This document shows, piece after piece, positions 18,264-26,914 of a stretch of 64,000 nucleotides of DNA. Both the position numbers and the translations under genes were made by a program. The notes under the pieces were generated by a model. The model made no database searches, was not told where the DNA came from, and saw only the letters and a program-made list of their open reading frames with translations. Positions within the stretch are counted from its first letter, which is position 1. Each line of letters begins with the position of its first letter. The stretch is from an uncultured Pseudomonadota bacterium (GTDB taxonomy: Bacteria; SAR324; NAC60-12): assembly GCA_964597275.1 (NCBI GenBank), contig CAZQXS010000002.1:191-64190 (forward strand). Reading direction: 5' to 3'.

Positions 18264-19655
18264 ATGAGCCTAGAAAACTTTGAACAAATCCGAAGCTTCG
18301 ACAACGAGAACTTCGTGCATCCGTGGGAGAGCATGAAGGCCGTCGGAAGCAACACCCGCACGTTTGCGGAAAATGCGGAAGGCATCTACCTCTATGACGA
18401 AAACGGCCAGAAGCTGATTGACGGCCCCGGCGGGATGTGGTGCGTGCAGATCGGCTACGGACGCAAGGAGATGGCCGAGGCGATTGCCGAACAAGTCCTC
18501 AAGATGCCGTACTACTCGCCGTGGAACATGAGCGCGTCACCGAGCGCGGTGTTGGCCAACAAACTGGCCGAGTTAGCTCCGGGAGACCTGAACCACGTCT
18601 TCTTCACAACCTGCGGCTCCACTGCGGTGGACACCGCCATCCGCTTCGTGCAGTTCTACAACAACGTGCGGGGCTTCCCCCGGAAGAAGCGAATCATCTC
18701 GCGGGAAAAAGCCTACCACGGCAGCACCTTCCTCAGCGCGACCATGAGCGGCAAGGCCCGTGACAAGGATTGGCTGGACACCGCCCGCGAACTGGTGCAT
18801 TTCCTCCCGGATGTCAACCCCAGCCGCCGCCCGGAAGGAGTGGGCCTTGAGGAGTTTCTTGAGGCAAAAATCAGTGATCTCGAAACGGCGATCCAGACGC
18901 TCGGCGCAGAGAACGTCGGTGCCTTCATCGCCGAGCCGGTGCTGGCTTCCGGCGGGGTGATCGTCCCGCCCGCAGGCTATCACCAACGCTGTCTGGAGGT
19001 CTGCCGCAAGCACGATGTGCTGTACATCTCCGATGAGGTCGTGACGGGGTTTGGCCGTTTGGGGCACTGGTTTGCGTCCAAGGAGGTGTTCGGCATCGAG
19101 CCGGACCTGATCACCTGTGCCAAGGGGCTGACCTCCGGCTATGTGCCGATGGGCGCCTGCCTGATCTCCGACCGCATCTTCCGCGAAATCTCCGGAGAAC
19201 GCTCGCAGGGCGCGTCCTTCAGCAACGGCTACACCTACTCCGGACATCCCGTGGCCGCCGCCGCCGCGCTCAAGAACTTGGAGATCATTGAAAACGAGGG
19301 ACTGCTGGAGCATGTCCGCGAAATCTCGCCCTACTTTCAGCAGCGGCTCCGGGAACTGCGCAAGCTGCCGCTGGTGGGCGACACCCGTGGCGTCGGGCTG
19401 GTCGGTTGCATTGAGGGCTGCATCGTGGATCCGGACAATCCGGACGCGCTGGCCATGGACATAGCGATGGGTTCGCGCATTGACAAGCACTGCCAGGCAC
19501 TGGGGCTGATCGTGCGTCCGCTTTTGAACATGTGCGTGTTCTCGCCCCCGCTGATCATCACCCCGGAGCAGATTGACGAAATGTTCAACCTCCTCGAACA
19601 GGGCATCCTCCGGGCGACGGAGGACTTGCGCCAAGAAGGTTTGTGGAAAGGATAA
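18264..19655 (+). CDS. class III (omega) aminotransferase, PLP-dependent
   Basis: 463 aa; class III aminotransferase family architecture with conserved ...AKGLTSGYVPMGA Lys-containing motif and DEVVTGFGRLG. Confidence 0.85.
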   Translation: MSLENFEQIRSFDNENFVHPWESMKAVGSNTRTFAENAEGIYLYDENGQKLIDGPGGMWCVQIGYGRKEMAEAIAEQVLKMPYYSPWNMSASPSAVLANKLAELAPGDLNHVFFTTCGSTAVDTAIRFVQFYNNVRGFPRKKRIISREKAYHGSTFLSATMSGKARDKDWLDTARELVHFLPDVNPSRRPEGVGLEEFLEAKISDLETAIQTLGAENVGAFIAEPVLASGGVIVPPAGYHQRCLEVCRKHDVLYISDEVVTGFGRLGHWFASKEVFGIEPDLITCAKGLTSGYVPMGACLISDRIFREISGERSQGASFSNGYTYSGHPVAAAAALKNLEIIENEGLLEHVREISPYFQQRLRELRKLPLVGDTRGVGLVGCIEGCIVDPDNPDALAMDIAMGSRIDKHCQALGLIVRPLLNMCVFSPPLIITPEQIDEMFNLLEQGILRATEDLRQEGLWKG

Positions 19656-19661
19656 TCCAAG

Positions 19662-21764
19662 ATGACACAACGCGATCCCCGCTACGACATTCTCTTTGAG
19701 CCGGTGCAAATTGGTCCGGTGACGGCCCGCAACCGCTTTTACCAAGTGCCGCACTGCAACGGCATGGGCTATGTGCGGCCCAACACGCTCGCCGCCATGC
19801 GCGGCATCAAGGCCGAGGGTGGCTGGGCGGTGGTCTGCACCGAGGAGGTGGAAATCCACGCCAACTCCGACAACGGCTCGGCGGCGGAAGGGCGGCTCTG
19901 GGACGACGGCGACATTCCGGCACTGGCGAAAATGGCAACCGCGGTGCATGAGCATGGGGCGCTGGCCGGAATCGAGCTCGTTCACGGCGGCTATTCCAAC
20001 GCCAACCACTACAGCCGGATTCCACCGATTGCCCCCAGCGTGGCCTCCGTCAATTCCTACGATCCGGTGCAGGCGCGTGCGATGACCAAGGCCGACATCC
20101 GCGATTTTCGCAAATGGCACCGTCAGGCGGCCCTGCGGGGCAAGCAAGCGGGCTTCGATCTCGTTTATGTCTATGCCGGGCACAACCTGACGCTACTGAT
20201 GCACTTCCTCTCCCGCCGCTTCAACCAGCGCACAGACGAATACGGCGGCTCGCTGGAGAATCGGGTGCGCCTCTTCCGGGAGGTGCTGGAAGACACCAAG
20301 GAGGCCGTGGGCGACCACTGTGCCATTGCGGTGCGTTTTGCGGTGGATGAACTGCTCGGCCCCAAAGGCATCACCAGCGAAAACGAAGGCCGAGAGGTCA
20401 TCGAGATGCTGGCGGAGTTGCCGGACCTCTGGGACGTGAACATCAGCGAGTGGGAAAACGACTCGGCCACCTCGCGCTTTGAGAAAGAGGGCTATCAGGA
20501 ACCGTACATCGGCTTCGTCAAGTCGCTCACCTCCAAGCCCGTGGTGGGCGTGGGGCGCTACACCTCCCCGGACACGATGGTTTCGCTGATCCAGCGCGGC
20601 GTGATGGACATGATCGGCGCGGCGCGGCCCTCGATTGCCGATCCGTTCCTGCCCAAGAAAATCGAGGAGGGCCGCCTTGACGAAATCCGAGAGTGCATCG
20701 GCTGCAACATCTGCGTCGCCGGAGACTGGCTGTCGGTGCCGATGCGCTGCACGCAGAACCCGACGATGGGCGAGGAGTGGCGACGGGGCTGGCATCCAGA
20801 GAAAATCGAAGCCCGCAAGAGCGACGAGGGGGTGTTGGTCGTGGGCGGCGGACCTGCCGGGCTGGAATGCGCCCTCGCGCTCGGCCAGCGCGGCTATCGT
20901 GTGATGCTGGCGGAAGCCTCGGAGGAACTTGGCGGGCGCGTCAGCCGAGAAAGCCGACAGCCCGGACTCGCCGAGTGGGGACGTGTGCGGGATTATCGGG
21001 TAACGCTGCTGGAGAAGCTGGAGCATGTGACCCTTTACCGGGGAAGCGAACTGAGCGCGGACGACATCCTGGAGTTCAGCGCGAAAGACAAATTCGGATT
21101 CTCCCATGTGTTTCTGGCGACTGGAGCGACATGGAGGCGGGACGGCATTGCGCGGGAACACCGCGAGCCGATTCCAGGATTGGATCGTATGACCGTACTC
21201 ACCCCGGACGATCTGATGGACGGACTTTCCGCAAGCGGGCGGGTGGTGATTTTTGACGACGAGCATTACTACATGGGCGGGGTGCTGGCCGAAAAGCTGC
21301 GGCTCGATGGCCATGAGGTTCGGCTGGTCACTCCGGCTCCCGATGTTTCCAACTGGACGCACCACACGATGGAGCAAGGGCGCATCCAGACGCGACTGTT
21401 GGAACTCGGCGTGGAACTCGCGCCGCAACACAATCTTGTTTCCGTGCATTCCGGGGAAGTCGAATTGACCTGTGTCTTCACGGATCGGCGCACGCGCCAT
21501 GCCTGCGACACCTTGGTGTTGGTCACGGAACGCCTGCCGAACAACGGGCTGCACCATGCCTTGCAGGCCAACCCGGAAGCACTCGCTCATGCGGGCATCA
21601 AGACGCTCCGCTGCATCGGCGACTGCTTCGCGCCCGGAATCATCGCCGCCGCCGTGCATTCCGGCCACCTCGCCGCCCGCGAATTTGAGGCCGAGGCTCC
21701 GGGCGAGGTTCCGTTCCTGCGCGAGCGCGTGGTGGTGGAAGGGGTTGACTTCTCAGGGTTTTGA
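19662..21764 (+). CDS. FMN / [4Fe-4S] / ADP-binding amine dehydrogenase of the TMADH / DMADH / DgcA / N-methylproline demethylase family
   Basis: 700 aa. OYE-like TIM barrel N-terminus (FEPVQIGPVTARNRFYQVPHC), CIGCNICVAG...C ferredoxin-like motif, C-terminal GGGPAG nucleotide-binding fold. Confidence 0.8.
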   Translation: MTQRDPRYDILFEPVQIGPVTARNRFYQVPHCNGMGYVRPNTLAAMRGIKAEGGWAVVCTEEVEIHANSDNGSAAEGRLWDDGDIPALAKMATAVHEHGALAGIELVHGGYSNANHYSRIPPIAPSVASVNSYDPVQARAMTKADIRDFRKWHRQAALRGKQAGFDLVYVYAGHNLTLLMHFLSRRFNQRTDEYGGSLENRVRLFREVLEDTKEAVGDHCAIAVRFAVDELLGPKGITSENEGREVIEMLAELPDLWDVNISEWENDSATSRFEKEGYQEPYIGFVKSLTSKPVVGVGRYTSPDTMVSLIQRGVMDMIGAARPSIADPFLPKKIEEGRLDEIRECIGCNICVAGDWLSVPMRCTQNPTMGEEWRRGWHPEKIEARKSDEGVLVVGGGPAGLECALALGQRGYRVMLAEASEELGGRVSRESRQPGLAEWGRVRDYRVTLLEKLEHVTLYRGSELSADDILEFSAKDKFGFSHVFLATGATWRRDGIAREHREPIPGLDRMTVLTPDDLMDGLSASGRVVIFDDEHYYMGGVLAEKLRLDGHEVRLVTPAPDVSNWTHHTMEQGRIQTRLLELGVELAPQHNLVSVHSGEVELTCVFTDRRTRHACDTLVLVTERLPNNGLHHALQANPEALAHAGIKTLRCIGDCFAPGIIAAAVHSGHLAAREFEAEAPGEVPFLRERVVVEGVDFSGF

Positions 21765-21824
21765 GCCTATAGTTGCTGGGTTTTGGCTGGATTGGAGTAT
21801 TCTTTGTGAAATTCGGCCAACATC

Positions 21825-21909
21825 GTCATTCCGGACGAAGCAAAGCGGAGACCCGGAATCCAGAGCAAACGGCCGTGTGGACTGAATTCCCGCCTGCGCG
21901 GGAATGACA
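21825..21909. repeat. REP-like palindromic element, family B ('VIPAQAGIQ' repeat), copy 1
   Basis: GTCATTCCGGACGAAGC...GGAATCCAGAGCAAACGGCCGTGTGGACTGAATTCCCGCCTGCGCGGGAATGACA. Near-identical to 34342-34426. Confidence 0.7.
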
Positions 21910-22002
21910 AGGAATTGTGGATCAACCGGAATGGCTTTAGCGGTCAGAGCAATTTCGTTTTTTCAGTGAATTCAAAGCCAAACCATTGCAAGGAGAGAGA
22001 CA

Positions 22003-23067
22003 ATGAAACAGACACTCAAACGCATGGCCGGGGCGGTCCTCGGACTGCTGATGCTGGGAGGCGTCGCGCACGCCGGAGGCGAAGAACTAGTGGTGTTCGA
22101 CTGGGCAGGGTATGACGACCCGGCCTTCATGGATGCCTATGTGAAGAAGCACGGCAGCATGCCCACCTTCGCGTTTTTCGCGGACGAGGAAGAGGCGTTC
22201 CAGAAAATCCGGGCGGGCTTCCGGGCCGATCTGGCGCATCCCTGCTCGCAGTCGGTGGTGAAGTGGCGCGAAGCCGGGATCATCGAACCTATTGACACCT
22301 CGCGGCTCAAGAACTGGTCTAAGGTGATTTCAAACTTCCGCAACATGGAAGGCTTCGCGGTGGACGGCCAGCAGTGGGTGGTGCCCGTTGATTGGGGTGC
22401 CACGGCCATGACCTACCGCACGGACCAGGTCAGTGCCGCCGATGCCGCCACCTTGCAGTCCTTCGCCAATCCGAAGTTCCAAGGGCGCGTCTCTGTGGGT
22501 GACAACGTGGACGATGCTTACGGGCTGGCGTTCCTCGCCATTGGCATCACGGACTGGACCACAGCGACCGATGCCGATTTGGACAAGGCATCCGCCTTTT
22601 TGCGGAAAGTCCACCAGAACGTCCGCACCTACTGGCAGGATCCCGCCGAACTGCGCCAGCTCATGGCCAGCGGGGAAATCCTGATCTCGTGGGCGTGGAA
22701 CGAAGTCGCGGTGATTCTGGCGGGAGAGGGGCATCCGGTGGCCCTGAAGCGTGACACCAAGGAGGGCGCGTCCACCTGGGTGTGCGGCTACGTGAACATG
22801 GTGGATGGGCCGAACAGCGAGGACATGCTTTACGACTTCCTTGACGCTTGGCTGGATGATGCCACGGCGACCTATCTGGTCACGGCGTGGGGCTACGGCC
22901 ACACCAATGGCGTGGCGATGAACGCCCTAGGGGCCGATGCCTTGGCCGACCTTGGCTTTGGCAGCATCGAGAGCTACTCCAAGAACACGCTCTGGCAGGC
23001 ACCGCTGAACTCCAGAATGCGCGAGAAGATGATCAAGGAATTCGAGCTGATCAAGGCCGGATTCTGA
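22003..23067 (+). CDS. polyamine-type ABC transporter periplasmic substrate-binding protein (PotD/PotF family)
   Basis: 354 aa with signal peptide (MKQTLKRMAGAVLGLLMLGGVAHAG), SBP_bac_1/PotD-like fold. Convergent with the ureohydrolase gene (stops abut at 23067/23068). Confidence 0.8.
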   Translation: MKQTLKRMAGAVLGLLMLGGVAHAGGEELVVFDWAGYDDPAFMDAYVKKHGSMPTFAFFADEEEAFQKIRAGFRADLAHPCSQSVVKWREAGIIEPIDTSRLKNWSKVISNFRNMEGFAVDGQQWVVPVDWGATAMTYRTDQVSAADAATLQSFANPKFQGRVSVGDNVDDAYGLAFLAIGITDWTTATDADLDKASAFLRKVHQNVRTYWQDPAELRQLMASGEILISWAWNEVAVILAGEGHPVALKRDTKEGASTWVCGYVNMVDGPNSEDMLYDFLDAWLDDATATYLVTAWGYGHTNGVAMNALGADALADLGFGSIESYSKNTLWQAPLNSRMREKMIKEFELIKAGF

Positions 23068-24075
23068 TCAGCCTGCGGCAAAGCCGCTGGAGACTTCATC
23101 AAGCCGGGTGCCGATGTGCCCGGCCTGCGCCCCCTTCTTTTGCGCCAGCAGGCACAGGTAGTTGTGGCCGAGGGTTGCTGCCGCCAAGGCGGTGATCTCC
23201 GCATGGTCGTAGGCGGGCGCGACCTCCACAATGTCCATTCCAATCAAATTGAGATCACCCAAGGAGTGCAGGATCGGCAAGGCTTGGGCGGTACTCAAGC
23301 CTCCCACCACCGGAGTCCCGGTTCCCGGAGCAAAGGCCGGGTCGAGACAATCCACGTCAAACGTGATGTAAACCGGATCGTCGGGGGAGACGATGTTATG
23401 GATCGTGTCAATCACGGCCTGCACACCGTGGGCATGCACCCAAGGGGCGTGCAAAACGTTGAAGCCGTGAGTGCAGTAGTTCTGGGTCCGGATTCCGATT
23501 TGCACCGACTTTTCCGGAATCACGATTCCTTCCCGTGCGGCCCGCAAGAACATGGAGCCGTGATCCAGCCGCTCGCCGTCGTCATCCCATGTGTCCGAAT
23601 GCGCGTCAAAGTGGATCAGGGAAAGCGGACCATGCACCTTGTGGTGGGCGCGGAGCAGGGGGTAGGTGATGAAGTGATCGCCCCCAAAACTCAAGAGTGA
23701 GGTGCCCTGCTTCAAAATCGTGTCCGCGTGCCTTTCCACCTTCTCCACCACATTTTGCGGATAGCCGTAGTCCAGCCAGACATCCCCGTAATCCACAACC
23801 GCCAAGTGATCGAAAGGATCGAAGTTGAAGGGGAAGGCGTCCAGTGACGCGATTTCCGTAGAGGCCGCTCGAATTCCACGAGGCCCGAAGCGGGCTCCCG
23901 GACGGTTGCTGGTCGCGCAATCATACGGAATCCCGGTCACGGCCACGTCCACCCTGGTCAGGTCACGGGTGTAGTTGCGGCGCAAGAAACTGAGCGCCCC
24001 AGAGTAGGTCATGTCATTCGAGCGACCGTATAAGCTTTCTCGGCGAAAAGCGCCGTCCCCCACTGGTTTCGTCAT
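23068..24075 (-). CDS. agmatinase / guanidino-acid ureohydrolase (arginase family)
   Basis: 335 aa; arginase-family Mn-binding motifs (GGDHFITYP, DAHSDT, DVDCLDPAFAPGTGTP). Confidence 0.85.
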   Translation of the reverse strand: MTKPVGDGAFRRESLYGRSNDMTYSGALSFLRRNYTRDLTRVDVAVTGIPYDCATSNRPGARFGPRGIRAASTEIASLDAFPFNFDPFDHLAVVDYGDVWLDYGYPQNVVEKVERHADTILKQGTSLLSFGGDHFITYPLLRAHHKVHGPLSLIHFDAHSDTWDDDGERLDHGSMFLRAAREGIVIPEKSVQIGIRTQNYCTHGFNVLHAPWVHAHGVQAVIDTIHNIVSPDDPVYITFDVDCLDPAFAPGTGTPVVGGLSTAQALPILHSLGDLNLIGMDIVEVAPAYDHAEITALAAATLGHNYLCLLAQKKGAQAGHIGTRLDEVSSGFAAG

Positions 24076-24090
24076 GTTCGGTTTGAAAGG

Positions 24091-25221
24091 CTAATTTTGA
24101 GATGAGGATTCCGCCAGCAGCACCAGCGATTCTGCGCCCCAGCCGACGCGGGTGGAGGCACCGTCTGGCAGCACACGCCGTCCGGCGGTGTTGCGCATCG
24201 AGATTGTCAACGGGGTGTCGAGTCCCGCGACTGTGACGGTGTAGTAGGTCATGTCGCCAAGGTAAGCGCTTTCGAGGATTTCGCCCCGCAACTCGAACTC
24301 AGCGCGGTCCTGCTCGTCAAACAGCACGGTGAGCATTTCCGGACGAATGCCGATCGTCACGGCTCCGGGACTGACGGGAGCAGGGATTTGCTCCGGTGCA
24401 ATCGTCACCGTGCCCAGCACTCCGGCATCCACGGTGGGGGCTTCGTCCGCCTCGGAAATCAGCGTTCCCTGAATGAAGTTCATCACGCCAATGAACGAGG
24501 CCACCCGCTTGGAAACGGGTCGGCGGTAGAGTTCCTGCGGCGAGGCCAGTTGGGCGATTTGGCCATCGAACATCACGGCGATCCGGTCGCTCATGGTCAG
24601 GGCTTCCTCCTGATCATGGGTGACGAGGATGAACGTGATGCCCACCGAACGCTGCAAGTGCCGCAGTTCCACCTGCATCTGCTCCCGGAGCTTCTTGTCG
24701 AGCGCGGAAAGCGGCTCGTCGAGCAGCAGCACCTTGGGTTGCATGACCAGCGCACGAGCCAGTGCCACCCGCTGCCGCTGGCCTCCGGAAAGCGCATACG
24801 CAGGCCGCTGGTTGTAGTCCGCCAAGTCCACCAGCTTCAGCACCTCGTTCACACGGCGGGTGGTTTCGGCCTTTCCGAGCTTGAGGCGCTTGAGTCCGTA
24901 ACCGACATTCTCCTCCACGTTGAGGTGCGGAAAAATCGCGTAGGACTGGAACACCATGTTGGTCGGACGCTCGTTCGCCTCGACCCCCTGCATGGAGGTT
25001 CCGGCGATGGCGATGCTGCCGTCAGTGGGCTGCTCGAATCCGGCAATCATCCGGAGCAGGGTGGTCTTGCCGCATCCAGACGGTCCCAGCAACGAGAAGA
25101 ACTCGCCCTCACGGATGTTGGCGCTCACGCCGTTGACCGCTGCAACCGCCCCGAAATGCTTCACGACTCCATCCAGTTCCACGATGGGCCGGACCGTTTG
25201 CGTTGTTTGTGAATCCGTCAT
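24091..25221 (-). CDS. polyamine-type ABC transporter ATP-binding protein (PotA-like)
   Basis: Walker A GPSGCGKTT, signature LSGGQRQRVALARAL, Walker B LLLDEPLSALD, C-terminal TOBE domain. Start at internal Met229 (MTDSQTTQTV...) of ORF 24091..25905, overlapping potC stop by 4 bp. The 228-aa upstream extension is a GC-rich antisense artefact. Confidence 0.85.
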   Translation of the reverse strand: MTDSQTTQTVRPIVELDGVVKHFGAVAAVNGVSANIREGEFFSLLGPSGCGKTTLLRMIAGFEQPTDGSIAIAGTSMQGVEANERPTNMVFQSYAIFPHLNVEENVGYGLKRLKLGKAETTRRVNEVLKLVDLADYNQRPAYALSGGQRQRVALARALVMQPKVLLLDEPLSALDKKLREQMQVELRHLQRSVGITFILVTHDQEEALTMSDRIAVMFDGQIAQLASPQELYRRPVSKRVASFIGVMNFIQGTLISEADEAPTVDAGVLGTVTIAPEQIPAPVSPGAVTIGIRPEMLTVLFDEQDRAEFELRGEILESAYLGDMTYYTVTVAGLDTPLTISMRNTAGRRVLPDGASTRVGWGAESLVLLAESSSQN

Positions 25222-26039
25222 GGTTCCGGCAGTCCTCCAAGTTGGACTTGCCCCCCCGTCAGCCGATTCATGCGCCTCCGGAAATACTCTCCGAGCGAGA
25301 GCAGCACCAGCGAAAGCAACAGCAGCAGAAAACCGAGTGCCATCACGCCCGGAAGCTTGGCCGGAAAGCGGAGCTGCCCCCAGATGTAAACGGGCAGGGT
25401 GGCTTGCGTGCCCGTCAGAAAAAACGCGATGATGAACTCGTCGAGCGAGAGCGTGAACGCGATCAGGAAGCTGGAGAGCAACCCCGGAGTGACCAGCGGC
25501 AGGATCACCCTCCGGAAAGTGCCCCAGCGCGTTTCGCCCAGGTCCAGCGAAGCTTCCTCCAGACTCTGGTCCATGTTCGCAAACGCCGAGGAGAGAATCG
25601 CAATCGAGAAGGGCATGCAGAGCAGGGTGTGCCCAAGGATCACCGTCCAAAGCGAGAGCGGCAGCCCCAACTGCATCAACACCACCAGCAGGGACACGCC
25701 GATGATGATCTCCGGAAGCACGAGGGGCAGCATCAGGAACGAGACCATCGCCTTCTTCCCGAAAAACTCGTAACGCGCCGAAGCCCGTGAGGCCAGCACA
25801 CCGAGGCAGGTGCTGAGAATCGCGGTACTGATGGCCACGAGCAAGGAGTTTTGCAGAGAGCCTTGAAGCGAGGTTTCCTTGGCCAAGCCCGTGAACCAGC
25901 CCCAAGTGAAGCTCTTGAGGGGGAAGGCGATGATGGTGCTGTCGTTGAAGGCGAACACGGGCAGCAGCAGCACTGGAGCATAGAGGAACCCTAGGTAGGT
26001 GATCGCAAACAGCTTCAGGGAGCGGGAGCGGTCGTTCAT
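25218..26039 (-). CDS. ABC transporter permease (PotC/PotI-like)
   Basis: 273 aa, 6 TM, EAA-like loop (SLDEFIIAFFLTG). 4-bp overlaps on both sides. Confidence 0.85.
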   Translation of the reverse strand: MNDRSRSLKLFAITYLGFLYAPVLLLPVFAFNDSTIIAFPLKSFTWGWFTGLAKETSLQGSLQNSLLVAISTAILSTCLGVLASRASARYEFFGKKAMVSFLMLPLVLPEIIIGVSLLVVLMQLGLPLSLWTVILGHTLLCMPFSIAILSSAFANMDQSLEEASLDLGETRWGTFRRVILPLVTPGLLSSFLIAFTLSLDEFIIAFFLTGTQATLPVYIWGQLRFPAKLPGVMALGFLLLLLSLVLLSLGEYFRRRMNRLTGGQVQLGGLPEP

Positions 26040-26914
26040 GTGCTGTGCTTCCTCAGCCAGCGGCGGTTGAGCGCGACAAACATCAGGGCGATCATGCTGA
26101 CAATGCCCATCGCCGAAACCGCGAGTGCCGCTCCCAGCGGGGCGTTGTTGGCCTTGCTGAACTGCACCTGAATCATGTTGGCGATCATCAGCCCGTCCTT
26201 GCCGCCCACCAGTTTCGGGGTCACATAGTCGCCGATGGTGGGGATGAAGACGATCAAGGCGGCGGCCACTACTCCGGGCATGGACAGGGGCAGGGTAACG
26301 CGCAAGAACCTCCGCAGCGGGCTGTCCCCCAGGTCCGTGGCGGCTTCCAGCAGGCTGCGGTCAACCTTTTCCAGTGCCACGAAGATCGGCAGAATCGCAA
26401 ACGGTGCCCACGCATGGGTGAGCGCGATGATGACTGCGTTGGCGTTGTAGAGGATGAAGGTCAGCGGCTCCTCGATCACGCCCAGCCATTCCAGCGAGCT
26501 GTTCAGCACCCCGTTGTAGCCAAGAATCACCTTCCAGAGGAACACGCGCAGGAGGTAGCTCGTCCAGAACGGAATGGTGACCAGAAACAGCCACAGCGCT
26601 TTGCGGTTGCCGCCGTAGAAGGAGATGAAGTAGGCCATCGGGTAGGCAAGCAGCACCGTCGCCAGTGTCACTGCCGCCGAGATGCCCAGCGACCGCAACA
26701 TCAGCAGACGGTAGAGCGGATGCGTCCACGCCTCGATGTAGTTGTCAAGCTTGAAGCTGCGGTCCAGCACTAGGTAGTCCTGCGTCCAGAACCCCAGCAG
26801 GACGATCAACAACAACGGAGCCGCCAGCAACAGCAGGGAATAGCCGAAGGGCAATCCGATGAGCGCCAGCCCCCGGCGGGAGTCGCTGCCGGTCCATGAT
26901 CGAGCCGTGGTCAC
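26036..26914 (-). CDS. ABC transporter permease (PotB/PotH-like)
   Basis: 292 aa, 6 TM, BPD_transp_1 topology. Confidence 0.85.
   Translation of the reverse strand: MTTARSWTGSDSRRGLALIGLPFGYSLLLLAAPLLLIVLLGFWTQDYLVLDRSFKLDNYIEAWTHPLYRLLMLRSLGISAAVTLATVLLAYPMAYFISFYGGNRKALWLFLVTIPFWTSYLLRVFLWKVILGYNGVLNSSLEWLGVIEEPLTFILYNANAVIIALTHAWAPFAILPIFVALEKVDRSLLEAATDLGDSPLRRFLRVTLPLSMPGVVAAALIVFIPTIGDYVTPKLVGGKDGLMIANMIQVQFSKANNAPLGAALAVSAMGIVSMIALMFVALNRRWLRKHST

Noticed and set aside
24091-25905. 604-aa ORF giving the PotA ATPase a 228-aa Gly/Ala/His/Arg-rich N-terminal extension
   Set aside because: The extension has no ABC or any other domain features and is antisense-frame overlap of the potC gene. 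An internal ATG at 25221 gives a canonical PotA N-terminus with the typical 4-bp ATGA overlap to potC.
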